A stretch of DNA of 64,000 bases from Octopus sinensis (Eukaryota): contig NC_043011.1 of assembly GCF_006345805.1 (NCBI RefSeq), forward strand, positions 15,946,464 to 16,010,463, in the 5' to 3' direction. A program made the translations under genes and the position numbers. The notes beneath the pieces are model-generated. The model was not told the origin of the DNA. It did no database searches and worked only from the letters and a program-made list of their open reading frames with translations. Positions 1 to 12,360 of this stretch are shown here, piece after piece. Position 1 is the first letter of the stretch; the number at the start of each line of letters is the position of its first letter.

Positions 1-1
1 T

Positions 2-118
2 ACTCCAATTGGTTTTTCTATAATTTTTCTTGATCTCTTTACCGAGTAAATCTAGGTACTCCTTAATGGGCATCTTGTATGTGTTCCTGGTCTTGTCGGA
101 CTGGACCAGGACTCCGTC
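2..118 (-). pseudogene. Penelope-like element ORF fragment (N-terminal to RT core), runs off the window start
   Basis: Manual translation DGVLVQSDKTRNTYKMPIKEYLDLLGKEIKKNYRKTNWS matches the PLE xDKTxNxYxMxxxxYxxLLxxxIxKxYxK motif; an in-frame TAA lies immediately upstream, so it is degenerate. Not in the ORF track. Confidence 0.7.
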
Positions 119-1084
119 TTACAGTCGGCTTTTCGATGCCCCCATTGGCGGCGTTACACTTATCTGGCTTTTAAATAGCGTTTATAAATAATACCGGCAC
201 CCATAGCCCTTAGTAACAAATTCTGAAATAGCCTTTAAGATATCTACGATTATACACTGCAAGGGGAATTACTCCTGTAAGACAAACGGGGCTTGTTTTT
301 TTCACAGCGGGGGGTTTCCTTGACAAGGCAGGCTCAGATGAACACACACACACATAAAACATAATATATATATATTTTTTTTCTTTCGCCACCCAACGGT
401 TATCACGGCAGTAGCCACTGACAGCCGAACGATCAAACGCACACACGTACACAAAAAATGTTTTCTACCCCTACGCCAACACACACATATATAGAACAGT
501 ATACACACACACACGTCTCTAAGTAGATTTTTTCTCGCCCCTTATAAAACATCCAATATTCCTTAAATAGTCAGAACTTTATTCTCGGTCACTAAGAACA
601 TCTATACACCCTCACCCACATGATTGACCGATGCCTGACCTGTAGAATTCTTCAGCCACCGGTTCTCAGCATACACTGATAAACAGTTTCGCCATGGGCT
701 CTTAGGAGCATAGTTCGATTTGGTTTTTGCTCCGCCTCTGTTCTGTTTTTGTTTCTCTAACGGATTTCCTTTTTTCTTCCTGAAGAGAAAGACACAATAT
801 GGTCCCATTATTCAATCGGATTTTGGTAATTTGTGCCACATATATATATATATATATATATATCTGTGTGCATATATATATATGTTTGTGTATATAGATG
901 TAGGTAAATAACTAGAGACAGAGAGAGAAAGAGAAGGGGGAGTGAGAGAGAGATTGCTTTCAGGAATCATTAGAATTTAGGGACTTGAACACGTAGAGCG
1001 ATGGGACTGGTTAGGTAATATGACATTGAGGTCACAATAAGGGAAAGATAACGAAACGATGGTTTCTTTAACAGCTTCTGTTTT

Positions 1085-1276
1085 TAGTTAAAAAGATCAT
1101 ACATGTTGATAACTTAATTATGATTTTATTCAACATATTCCACTTTCATATTGACATACTAATTGCATTCGTCCTTCAGTTTTTCTAAGCGCTGTAAAAA
1201 ACCTGGGGAGGCTGGGCCTCCAAACCCGCCTCTCACAAAAACCTTACACCCAGCAACTTTTCAGCACCCCCTCATA
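1085..1276 (-). mobile_element. Degenerate non-autonomous mariner-type MITE (one end retained)
   Basis: Reverse complement resembles the element at 39189-39397 (shared gaatatgttgaataaaatca core; end aacttttcagcaccccctcata). Confidence 0.5.
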
Positions 1277-2384
1277 TATATGATATAAAGAGTATATAAA
1301 ATGTGTATGGTAGAAACACCTTCTATTTTAAGTCATATTTAAAAAGCCTGTTTTGTGACAACATATTAAATGTCTGTTTCATTGGTGATACTCTGCAACT
1401 ATAATGGTTTAAGCGAAAAAAATATGCACAAGGTGTTCTAGAGAGAAAACCGCCTTCCTCGTGAGAGAAATGATTTTCAGCTTTACAATTCAATAAATCA
1501 CAGTCAAGTGTAGAATGCTATTCTTACTACATTAGTATGTCTATATATCTCTCGTATATTTTGGCAGCTCATGTGAGCTCAGCTTTTATTGACAAAAAGT
1601 AAGTTATTGAAAGGATATACAAAATGCTGACGCATTTAGCTGTTTGTTTGATACTGTAAAAACTAGGTCATGTTAACATGCTATGTATTGACAACAATAT
1701 TGCAGGTTTCCCAATATATTATTTCTTTTTGGAATCTTGTGTCCCCCGAAGGGCATACAATGCGTGCAATGGTGAGAAATAAAAGCAAAATGTATATATA
1801 TATATCTAGTTTCAAACCTACACAGTAATAGAAGTTCGTGGCTGCATATAAAGGAAAAAGATTCATACAATTTCAGGGTCTTTTTTCCGCCTACTCACTC
1901 CATTTGGTACCCGAATTTAAGTCAAGCTTTAGCATAAATAAATTGCTTCATCCCTTATACTTGCTCCATTGAAGATTCATTATTTAAAAGCTGAAGATGA
2001 AGTGAAGGGAGAAATATCTCCCATATTCTGTGATGTTGAGAAGGTAATATTAAGAGAGTACGTTTATAATCGCATTCAGATTACCTTTCTACTTCATTTA
2101 CTCATACATTTTCCTATTTCCTGTAACCTTATAATAAATTTTCACAGGTTTTATTCCAGCTTTATGAAAGATACTGATCTCAAATGAAAGAAAATAATTT
2201 GAATCTTCAATGGCAATGTGGCACATACAAAAATACAAATACAATTTCCCCATATAGAAAAACAACAACCTCATATATATACTTGCACACATTCACGCAT
2301 ATTAAAAAACACACGTACACAAAGACGTAACCGTCTGTATGCCCGTATGTATTGATCTACGTATACTTGTGCATGCCATGTAGC

Positions 2385-2554
2385 AGTATATATATATAAT
2401 ATATATATGTATGTATATATATATTTTTGTGTGTGTGTATATCCTTATCTATGTATATTTATACATCTATCTATATATATATATATGCATACATACATTT
2501 ACATATACACATACATACATACACACACAGACACGCACACACACACACACACAC

Positions 2555-2606
<52 letters not shown>

Positions 2607-2741
2607 TATAAAGATGTACATATATGTATGTATATGTATGTTTCTATACATATAGAAACACGTACATACATACATACATATATATTATATATATATACAT
2701 GTATTTAAACATATATATATATTAATATATATATATATAAT

Positions 2742-2773
<32 letters not shown>

Positions 2774-2820
2774 CATATATGTTTCTATGCTTATTTGTTT
2801 ACACACAGACACACACATTA
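2385..2820. repeat. Compound (TA)n/(CA)n/(TACA)n microsatellite
   Basis: Direct reading; explains the YIYI/THTH ORFs. Confidence 0.95.
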
Positions 2821-3561
2821 GCTCTCATACTATTTCCGCATGACGAGTACAGTATATTGTAGCATGCATGTATATTCTTCTATCTGCGTATGTATTAGTG
2901 TCTTCCCTGGAATTAAACGTATCAATTTTACTGTCCCTGTATCTAACTATTCATTACTTTGTAATAACAGGAATGCGAATTTGTATGGGAAGAATTTAAT
3001 TTAGAACAGAAGAAAGAAAACCCTGCATTAGATGTGTTTTAATGTTCAATTTCAGGAACTCGTGCATTTTTTGAAAAAAATTTGTAATAGAATATACAGC
3101 TCGTTGTTAAAAATTTATTGCTTCACGAATGAAATATATATAAAGAAAAATATAAATCCACTATTATTTGTATCGACCGAGTGAAATTTGAGAAATGCAT
3201 ATAAAACAAATGTTATTAAATAATAAAAGGGGAATTTCAAATTTCAGCTTGATTTATATTTTATATTTGGTATGGCCAATATTCCATCAAAACATTGCTT
3301 ATTGTATGTCGTAGCAATGAAATTACGTAAGAAATACCGTACAGCAAATACAAAAGTAACAGGTAAAAGAAAGAAAAATCAACTTTAACTAAGTACCTCT
3401 CTCTTCAATTCACTCTCTCGATCTCTTTCTAGTTACTTTTCTTCTCTACCTCTCTTTCTCTCTATATATACATACATTCTCTATATATACATGCATGTAT
3501 ATATATATATATATATTATATATATATATTATATATATATATAATATATATATGTATGTAT

Positions 3562-3870
3562 ATATAGGATGAAGTCCCTTACTCTACAGCAAAGGAATTC
3601 ATCAGGAAGCGTGGGCAGTATATTTAAAAACCGTTACGGTTGCAATATACATCATATAATTAAGGGCTAAAGAGGGTTATTCTAAAGCCAAATACACTGT
3701 TTTATCCACTTATAATCCGCTTGTTACAGGAAAATTGAAACTGAAAACGGGCAACTAACCTTTAGAAAATTTAAATTTCGTTATCTCTATATTGAATCAA
3801 TTTCGGACTTAATCTTATAAAAAAAGATATATTCCTTCTTCAGTAGAACTTTCGATGGGATATAAATAAA
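3562..3870 (-). repeat. Inverted partial copy (~310 bp) of the 494-bp hammerhead repeat unit
   Basis: Reverse complement matches unit sequence from tttatttatatcccatcg through the hammerhead and across the unit junction to gacttcatcctatat; abuts (TA)n on the left. Confidence 0.95.
3785..3848 (-). ncRNA. Type I hammerhead ribozyme (inverted unit)
   Basis: Minus strand reads TTCTA CTGAAGA AGGA...TCC GAAA TTGA T TCAA TA TAGAG, as in the forward copies. Confidence 0.85.
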
Positions 3871-3871
3871 G

Positions 3872-6800
3872 CCTGTAACAAGCGGATTATAAGTGGATAA
3901 AACAGTGTATTTGGCTTTAGAATAACCCTCTTTAGCCCTTAATTATATGATGTATATTGCAACCGTAACGGTTTTTTTAAAATATACTGCCCACGCTTCC
4001 TGATGAATTCCTTTGCTGTAGAGTAAGGGACTTCATCCTATATTGCTTAGTAGTAAACTCGATGCTTGCTACAGGAGGACTGGTAACCATTACAATTAGT
4101 AGCGGCGAAAGGTCTGGACGTTGTTTTCTGAGGCTGACCAAAGAATTTTTATTTTTAGATATAAGTGATGTGCTCAAGTGTAGTTATGTTTTTAGCTTGT
4201 GCTTTTTCCATGATCATACGTGAGTATTTTATTTATATCCCATCGAAAGTTCTACTGAAGAAGGAATATATCTTCTTTATAAGATTAAGTCCGAAATTGA
4301 TTCAATATAGAGATAACGAAATTTAAATTTTCTAAAGGTTAGTTGCCCGTTTTCAGTTTCAATTTTCCTGTAACAAGCGGATTATAAGTGGATAAAACAG
4401 TGTATTGGCTTTAGAATAACCCTCTTTAGCCCTTAATTATATGATGTTATTGCAACCATAACGGTTTTTTTTAAATATACTGCCCACGCTTCCTGATGAA
4501 TTCCTTTGCTGTAGAGTAAGGGACTTCATCCTATATTCCTTAGTAGTAAACTCGATGCTTGCTACAGGAGGACTGGAACCATTACAATTTGTAGCGGCGA
4601 AAGGTCTGGACGTTGTTATCTGAGGCTGACCAAAGAATTTTTATTTTTGATATAAGTGATGTACTCAAGTGTAGTTATGTTTTTAGCTTGTGCTTTTTCC
4701 ATGATCATACGTGAGTATTTTATTTATATCCCATCGAAAGTTCTACTGAAGAAGGAATATATCTTTTTTTATAAGATTAAGTCGAAATTGATTCAATATA
4801 GAGATAACGAAATTAAATTTCTAAAGGTTAGTTGCCCGTTTTCAGTTTCAATTTTCCTGTAACAAGCGGATTATAAGTGGATAAAACAGTGTATGGCTTT
4901 AGAATAACCCTCTTTAGTCCTTAATTATATGATGTATATGGCAACCGTAACGGTTTTTTTTAAATATACTGCCCACGCTTCCTGATGAATTCCTTTGCTG
5001 TAGAGTAAGGGACTTCATCCTATATTGCTTAGTAGTAAACTCGATGCTTGCTACAGGAGGACTGGTAACCATTACAATTAGTAGCGGCGAAAGGTCTGGA
5101 CGTTGTTTTCTGAGGCTGACCAAGAATTTTTATTTTTAGATATAAGTGATGTACTCAAGTGTAGTTATGTTTTTAGCTTGGCTTTTTCCATGATCATACG
5201 TGAGTATTTTATTTATATCCCATCGAAAGTTCTACTGAAGAAGGAATATATCTTTTTTTATAAGATTAAGTCCGAAATTGATTCAATATAGAGATAACGA
5301 AATTTAAATTTTCTAAAGGTTAGTTGCCCGTTTTCAGTTTCAATTTTCTGTAACAAGCGGATTATAAGTGGATAAAACAGTGTATTTGGCTTTAGAATAA
5401 CCCTCTTTAGCCCTTAATTATATGATGTATATTGCAACCGTAACGGTTTTTTTTAAAATATACTGCCCACGCTTCCTGATGAATTCCTTTGCTGTGCTGT
5501 AGAGTAAGGGACTTCATCCTATATTGCTTAGTAGTAAACTCGATGCTTGCTACAGGAGGACTGGTAACCATTACAATTTGTAGCGGCGAAAGGTCTGGAC
5601 GTTGTTTTCTGAGGCTGACCAAAGAATTTTTATTTTTAGATAAAAGTGATGTACTCAAGTGTAGTTATGTTTTTAGCTTGTGCTTTTTCCATGATCATAC
5701 GTGAGTATTTTATTTATATCCCATCGAAAGTTCTACTGAAGAAGGAATATATCTTTTTTTATAAGATTAAGTCCGAAATTGATTCAATATAGAGATAACG
5801 AAATTTATATTTTTTAAAGGTTAGTTGCCCGTTTTCAGTTTCAATTTTCCTGTAACAAGCGGATTATAAGTGGATAAAACAGTGTATTTGGCTTTAGAAT
5901 AACCCTCTTTAGCCCTTAATTATATGATGTATATTGCAACCGTAACGGTTTTTTTTAAAATATACTGCCCACGCTTCCTGATGAATTCCTTTGCTGTAGA
6001 GTAAGGGACTTCATCCTATATTGCTTAGTAGTAAACTCGATGCTTGCTACAGGAGGACTGGTAACCATTACAATTTGTAGCGGCGAAAGGTCTGGACGTT
6101 GTTTTCTGAGGCTGACCAAAGAATTTTTATTTTTAGATATAAGTGATGTACTCAAGTGTAGTTATGTTTTTAGCTTGTGCTTTTTCCATGATCATACGTG
6201 AGTATTTTATTTATATCCATCGAAAGTTCTGCTGAAGAAGGAATATATCTTTTTTTATAAGATTAAGTCCGAAATTGATTCAATATAGAGATAACGAAAT
6301 TTAAATTTTCTAAAGGTTAGTTGCCCGTTTTCAGTTTCAATTTTCCTGTAACAAGCGGATTATAAGTGGATAAAACAGTGTATTTGGCTTTAGAATAACC
6401 CTCTTTAGCCCTTAATTATATGATGTATATTGCAACCGTAACGGTTTTTTTAAATATACTGCCCACGCTTCCTGATGAATTCCTTTGCTGTAGAGTAAGG
6501 GACTTCATCCTATATTGCTTAGTAGTAAACTCGATGCTTGCTACAGGAGGACTGGTAACCATTACAATTGTAGCGGCGAAAGGTCTGGACGTTGTTTTCT
6601 GAGGCTGACCAAAGAATTTTTATTTTTAGATATAAGTGATGTACTCAAGTGTAGTTATGTTTTTAGCTTGTGCTTTTTCCATGATCATACGTGAGTATTT
6701 TATTTATATCCCATCGAAAGTTCTACTGAAGAAGGAATATATCTTTTTTTATAAGATTAAGTCCGAAATTGATTCAATATAGAGATAACGAAATTTAAAT

Positions 6801-7413
6801 TTTCTAAAGGTTAGTTGCCCGTTTTCAGTTTCAATTTTCCTGTAACAAGCGGATTATAAGTGGATAAAACAGTGTATTTGGCTTTAGAATAACCCTCTTA
6901 GCCCTTAATTATATGATGTATATTGCAACCGTAACGGTTTTTTTAAATATACTGCCCACGCTTCCTGATGAATTCCTTTGCTGTAGAGTAAGAGACTTCA
7001 TCCTATATTGCTTAGTAGTAAACTCGATGCTTGCTACAGGAGGACTGGTAACCATTACAATTTGTAGCGGCGAAAGGTCTGGACGTTGTTTTCTGAGGCT
7101 GACCAAAGAATTTTTATTTTTAGATAAAAGTGATGTACTCAAGTGTAGTTATGTTTTTAGCTTGTGCTTTTTCCATGATCATACGTGAGTATTTTATTTA
7201 TATCCCATCGAAAGTTCTACTGAAGAAGGAATATATCTTTTTTTATAAGATTAAGTCCGAAATTGATTCAATATAGAGATAACGAAATTTAAATTTTCTA
7301 AAGGTTAGTTGCCCGTTTTCAGTTTCAATTTTCCTGTAACAAGCGGATTATAAGTGGATAAAACAGTGTATTTGGCTTTAGAATAACCCTCTTTAGCCCT
7401 TAATTATATGATG

Positions 7414-7416
<3 letters not shown>
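3872..7416 (+). mobile_element. Tandem array of ~7.2 x ~494-bp non-coding units, one hammerhead per unit (retrozyme-like / PLE pLTR-derived)
   Basis: CTGAAGA cores start at 4255, 4746, 5235, 5736, 6232, 6726 and 7220 (spacing 489-501). Units are near-identical by eye, have no conserved long ORF and are flanked by (TA)n. Confidence 0.85.
4250..4312 (+). ncRNA. Type I hammerhead ribozyme, unit 1 (repeated at ~4741, 5230, 5731, 6227, 6721, 7215)
   Basis: Stem I TTCTA(4250-54)/TAGAG(4308-12); core CTGAAGA 4255-61; stem II GGA/TCC plus distal ATCTT/AAGAT; GAAA 4293-96; stem III TTGA/TCAA with a 1-nt loop; predicted AUA cleavage after 4307. Confidence 0.85.
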
Positions 7417-7454
<38 letters not shown>

Positions 7455-7707
7455 ACATACATACATACATACATATATATTTATATATATATATATATAT
7501 AAATTTATATATGTGTGTATGTGCATGTGAATACGAGTTCCAATGACCGAGGTGAAGGAAGAAGGTTAGTTTCATGCCATCCGTAGTAAACATAAGAAAA
7601 AAACTTTCAGGGAAAATAGTGGTTTATCGAGACGGAATCTTGTGGATTTTTTTCAATATTTCAGAGTAGACAACCAGGTTTGCCGGGTATGCGAATAAGA
7701 ATAGAAC

Positions 7708-8046
7708 AGTTAAGTAACGGAGTAAATAAGATCCGAGCTACATAAGATTCATAGCGAGCGGAAACTCTAATTGTGGTGAATAACCTCGCAAAGTGTTAAC
7801 CATAGGCAAATCTCAAACCAAATATATCTTGATTAAATGAAAGTTTACAGTGTCGTTAGGAGGTAAATTTTAACACAAGGAAGTTTCAATGTACGTCAAT
7901 ATAAATTTTTATTTGATTTGAATCAAAATATCCTTAGGCTGAAGAGTAACCTGCGGTATAGACCTCGCTTGGATATTTACCACTTCCGAGGTTCCGCTCG
8001 CCACGAAACATATGTAACACGGATCTTATCTACTTCATTCCTTAAC
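7708..8046. repeat. Diverged head-to-head inverted pair of a second hammerhead-bearing repeat (~7708-7840 minus, ~7915-8046 plus)
   Basis: The two arms align as reverse complements (ccgctcgc..a.gaa.c.tatgta.c.cggatcttat.tact). The plus copy has CTGAAGA...GAAA CATATG TA. Confidence 0.65.
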
Positions 8047-8069
8047 ACTTGTATATGTATATATATAGT

Positions 8070-8345
<276 letters not shown>

Positions 8346-8788
8346 GTGTGTGTGTGTGTGTGTCTGTGTGTGTTTTGAAAGGTACAGTTTTTATGTTTTC
8401 TTAAAGCGAACATATGGAACATCTGTTTGATCCGTTAACATAGAATTCCTTCTGTGAAGGGATCTTCTATTTCAGATTTTAGAGGATGTTCTCGTCTTTA
8501 AGTTCCCAGATCATTTTTTTTAGTTATACTCACTGTAAAGAGAATTATCTCGCTTGAATTTCTCTCTGCCTTGTTTGTAAGTGGGCTCGATTCTTGAAGC
8601 GTCAATTGCATCGTACGCATTTCGTAACCTGCCTTCTTTTTAAACACTTAATAAATGGTGAAGTAAATTATCATTTCAACCAGGGAAACCTGGGTACCTG
8701 TGTTTCTTAAGGCATTTTCCACCTTATGTTATATATTTACCCTCCTAACTGACTGGGTACTATATTAATTCTTGAGAATCTTACCACA

Positions 8789-8856
<68 letters not shown>

Positions 8857-8874
8857 ATGTGTGTGTGTGTGTGT

Positions 8875-8921
<47 letters not shown>

Positions 8922-9219
8922 ATTCACTCTTGCAGAGAAAGAGAAAGATATATTTGAAATCATGCTAAACTCGTTCGAGTACATTTGAACAGAGGCATGA
9001 TTTCCGTGTCTCTAAATAGTCTGGAGAGAAATATCTCCCCTCGGATAGCTTATGTGAACACGTAATAATGACATCTATTTGATCGTATAACGCATGAATT
9101 GCTGCATTGTTATATACTATGAATAACGAATGCGCAATTTGTCGATCACACCAGTAGCTTAGTGTCCATGCAAGGGTAAACAATAACACTGCCAGCTTCT
9201 GTGAGGCTTCGAATGAAAT

Positions 9220-9294
<75 letters not shown>

Positions 9295-9376
9295 AATTGT
9301 CCTTTAAATCCATCTCTAATCAGAGTCATGTTTGCGGATTGAATTACCAGGTCTTTTGTTCGCAATATACATATAT

Positions 9377-9422
<46 letters not shown>

Positions 9423-9451
9423 ACATATATATATATATACATATATATATA

Positions 9452-9524
<73 letters not shown>

Positions 9525-9724
9525 TAAGCCAAACATGAAACCACAAAAAAGTACAACAACGCGAGGACGTTTTATTGGACGCTCAGGAAAGAAGGAAAGA
9601 AGGAGGGTTAAACGTTTCGAGCGGAGCTGTGTATTTGTGTGTGTGTGTGTGTGTGTATACAGAGACAGAAATTTGACAGAACAGAAATTATAGAGAAACA
9701 GCAGAATGCTACATCATCCAAGTT

Positions 9725-10140
9725 AGAAAACTTCAGCTGCCCATTCTTAAGCTGTTGCTGAACACTAAGGGACATTCGCTAATGTACCAACCATGTCATC
9801 AGGAATATCCTTGGCGGAGAAACCCTTTTTTCTTCCAATACTTGATAATATTACGATACCAAATTTTGTCAATTTTCAAGATTAGTTGCTATTAGTTACT
9901 TTTGAAATTTTCTTTGAATAGTCAGATGTCAAATTACCTATGAAAAATGAGAGAATATACTTAGTAATAAGTGTTGAAATTAACACATGCATGATTTCAC
10001 TGCTGTAGCATAATTCCTTCATGGTCACCGTAGACACTTTTAAGACCACATTCGTAATTTTAATAAGTTCAAGCATTTTATTCAATTTGAAGACAACGTT
10101 TATGTGTTTTCACTCCTGAAGGTGTTTGACACAAAAACAA
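9725..10140 (-). mobile_element. Mariner relic, 5' region and transposase N-terminus
   Basis: Minus strand ~9875-9725 gives DKIWYRNIIKYWKKKGFSAKDIPDDMVGTL...ATAKEWAAE with stops/frameshift, like the mariner HTH N-terminus. Confidence 0.6.
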
Positions 10141-10747
10141 AAATATTTGACTTGCTTTTTTATTCTGTTTACTTCTGTTATATTTTTTTCACACGACCTA
10201 TGAAATTACACACATGTGTATCACAGAACGGCCATCTACTTCTTATCCCCTTGTGTGCAAAGCTGTAGCTTGAGATCTCTGATAGTATCTTCTGCCGGGC
10301 TCCATCACTATCATTTCATTGTCACGGGATTTATTTCCTTTACTTCTTGTTTTCCTGTAACTTGACGATGTGCACTACAGATTTCTTTATAGTAAACTTA
10401 GCTTTTCCATCCCTAATCCCACACTTTCCACCTAAAGTTCGTTTCCTATACTGGTGCAAAATGTGTCACATATCAGATGCTAACTATGGTTCAAATCAAG
10501 TTAAGGTGGCTTGAATTAGCATAATCCTGAAGACGATGCAGTGCAAAGAAAGCAATACTATACAGTTAAGTGTACTGCCCTCCAATTTTGACCTTTGAGG
10601 GTTGATAGTTAGGGAGCATTCAGGTGTCTTTTGCTTAGGCATTGGCCCTATTGGACATATATCCCTACACCATACATATAAGCATATGTACACATTTGGG
10701 GACGGCGGCTAACGCACGCACACATACAGTCACACAAAGCTACACAA

Positions 10748-10781
<34 letters not shown>

Positions 10782-12038
10782 GTATATCATTGAAAACAAA
10801 TTAGAATAAACCTCTGGCGAAATTTGGCTATTATTCTGACGCTTTCTGTTATAAGACTTAAGCTTCCAATGATCTGAGTCAGCACCCAGCATTTTATACC
10901 TGGGTACTCTCGAGTGAGCATCAAATTTGCTTCATTCGTCATGAATTTGTCCGTTTCGAAGTTTCTAGGTCTTCTTTTAAAGTTCATAAATTTTCAGTCA
11001 ACATAATAAATTGAAGTTAATTTGGATGCTTTTTTTTAATTTTCTGGGGCAGAATAGGGGAGAATTGAGCTCTTTCATGCTTTCCATATATTCTGAACTA
11101 TATCTAAGTACGCACACCTCCTTCCTTTCATATTAGATACAGGAACAATTTGAGCTTCAAACCTTTCCTCTAAATCGTTTCATTAAAAAATATATGGGAT
11201 TTGTTCTGATTTCATTAATAACCGACCCTTACAGGTACCCCACGAAACACGTAGGCATCGTATAATCGGCCAAACGTTCGAGAGAAAGAGATTCAATCTA
11301 TTCGATTACACACAATGCTAGAAATGGTAGCCTAGCGTTCCTTGAATCTCACCACATTGTGTTAGGAAAGGAGGAAAACACAGAGCAAACGTGTGCTAAA
11401 ACAGAGAAAAGGACACTGTGCAAAGATCTTCATAATACGTCCGTTTGATCGTGACTGGTTTGGGGGCAAGGGGCAATTATACTACCAAGCTGCTGAGGAA
11501 CCATTTGAGGGGTTGGTTGCTGTTTTAAATGGCAATGAATAGTCCACAAAAGTGACAGCTTTTCCCCAGAATGTAAAGGAACGTCATTTTGAATGACGAA
11601 GTTCAAGTTATAAGATATATAAAAACGAGCGACAAAATTTTCTAAGAAGAAATAGCTTGAATACATTTTATTTCAGATCTATGGGATTAATTCTGATCCG
11701 GGTCCAAAAAAGAACATCAACATAAGCAATCTAAAAGTGACAGAAAATACGAAAAACACGTTCGCAAAATTGATCTTGCTTACAGTTGACACTTCGTGCT
11801 TGAAAACGTGTTTGTAGTTCCCTATTCATTTCATACCCTGTCCTGTACAAATAAAAATTTACTTCACGTTATACTTTCTTTGATATACTTCGGTTTCCGG
11901 TCGTAAATATTTTACCTACTAAAACAAAAATGCCAAATTTATGTATATTTTTCACTTGACGTTAATACAACAAACCATTATTTCTCATCTGATGCCACTT
12001 TTACTCTATCTTCATACATTCATACACATGGTTTTTGA

Positions 12039-12074
<36 letters not shown>

Positions 12075-12224
12075 GCATATATATATATGTATATAATATG
12101 TACGTATGTATGTATAATGAATAGTATTCACTGTTCATTGATCTTAACGTTATTCCAATTTGTGCACAGATACGCTCTCTCCACCTCACTCTATTTCTCT
12201 CTCCTTCTCACACATATCCGTATA

Positions 12225-12241
12225 ATATAATATAATATTAT

Positions 12242-12272
<31 letters not shown>

Positions 12273-12310
12273 GCATATGTATATAATTCTGTGTATATAT
12301 ATACATATAT

Positions 12311-12352
<42 letters not shown>

Positions 12353-12360
12353 ATACAGAG
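12225..12360. repeat. (TA)n microsatellite
   Basis: Direct reading. Confidence 0.95.

Noticed and set aside
675-710. Minus-strand CCTAAGA-GCC/GGC-GAAA hammerhead-like motif upstream of the PLE fragment
   Set aside because: Core mismatched and stems I/III unsupported; too weak to call.
3998-4133. C/D-box snoRNA reading (cTGATGA...CTGAgg)
   Set aside because: Only a 2-bp terminal stem, a non-canonical C box sequestered in a hairpin, and no recognisable guide.
3977-7188. Recurrent 60-90 aa ORFs (MSTSL..., MMYIAT...) in the array
   Set aside because: They are translations of the same repeat unit, and frames are broken differently by indels in each unit; no protein motif.
3872-7416. CRISPR array, or snRNA/5S/tRNA gene cluster
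   Set aside because: No short repeats with unique spacers; no recognisable snRNA, 5S or tRNA sequence; eukaryotic context.
10525-10560. CTGAAGA...GAAA spacing
   Set aside because: No stem I or stem III pairing.
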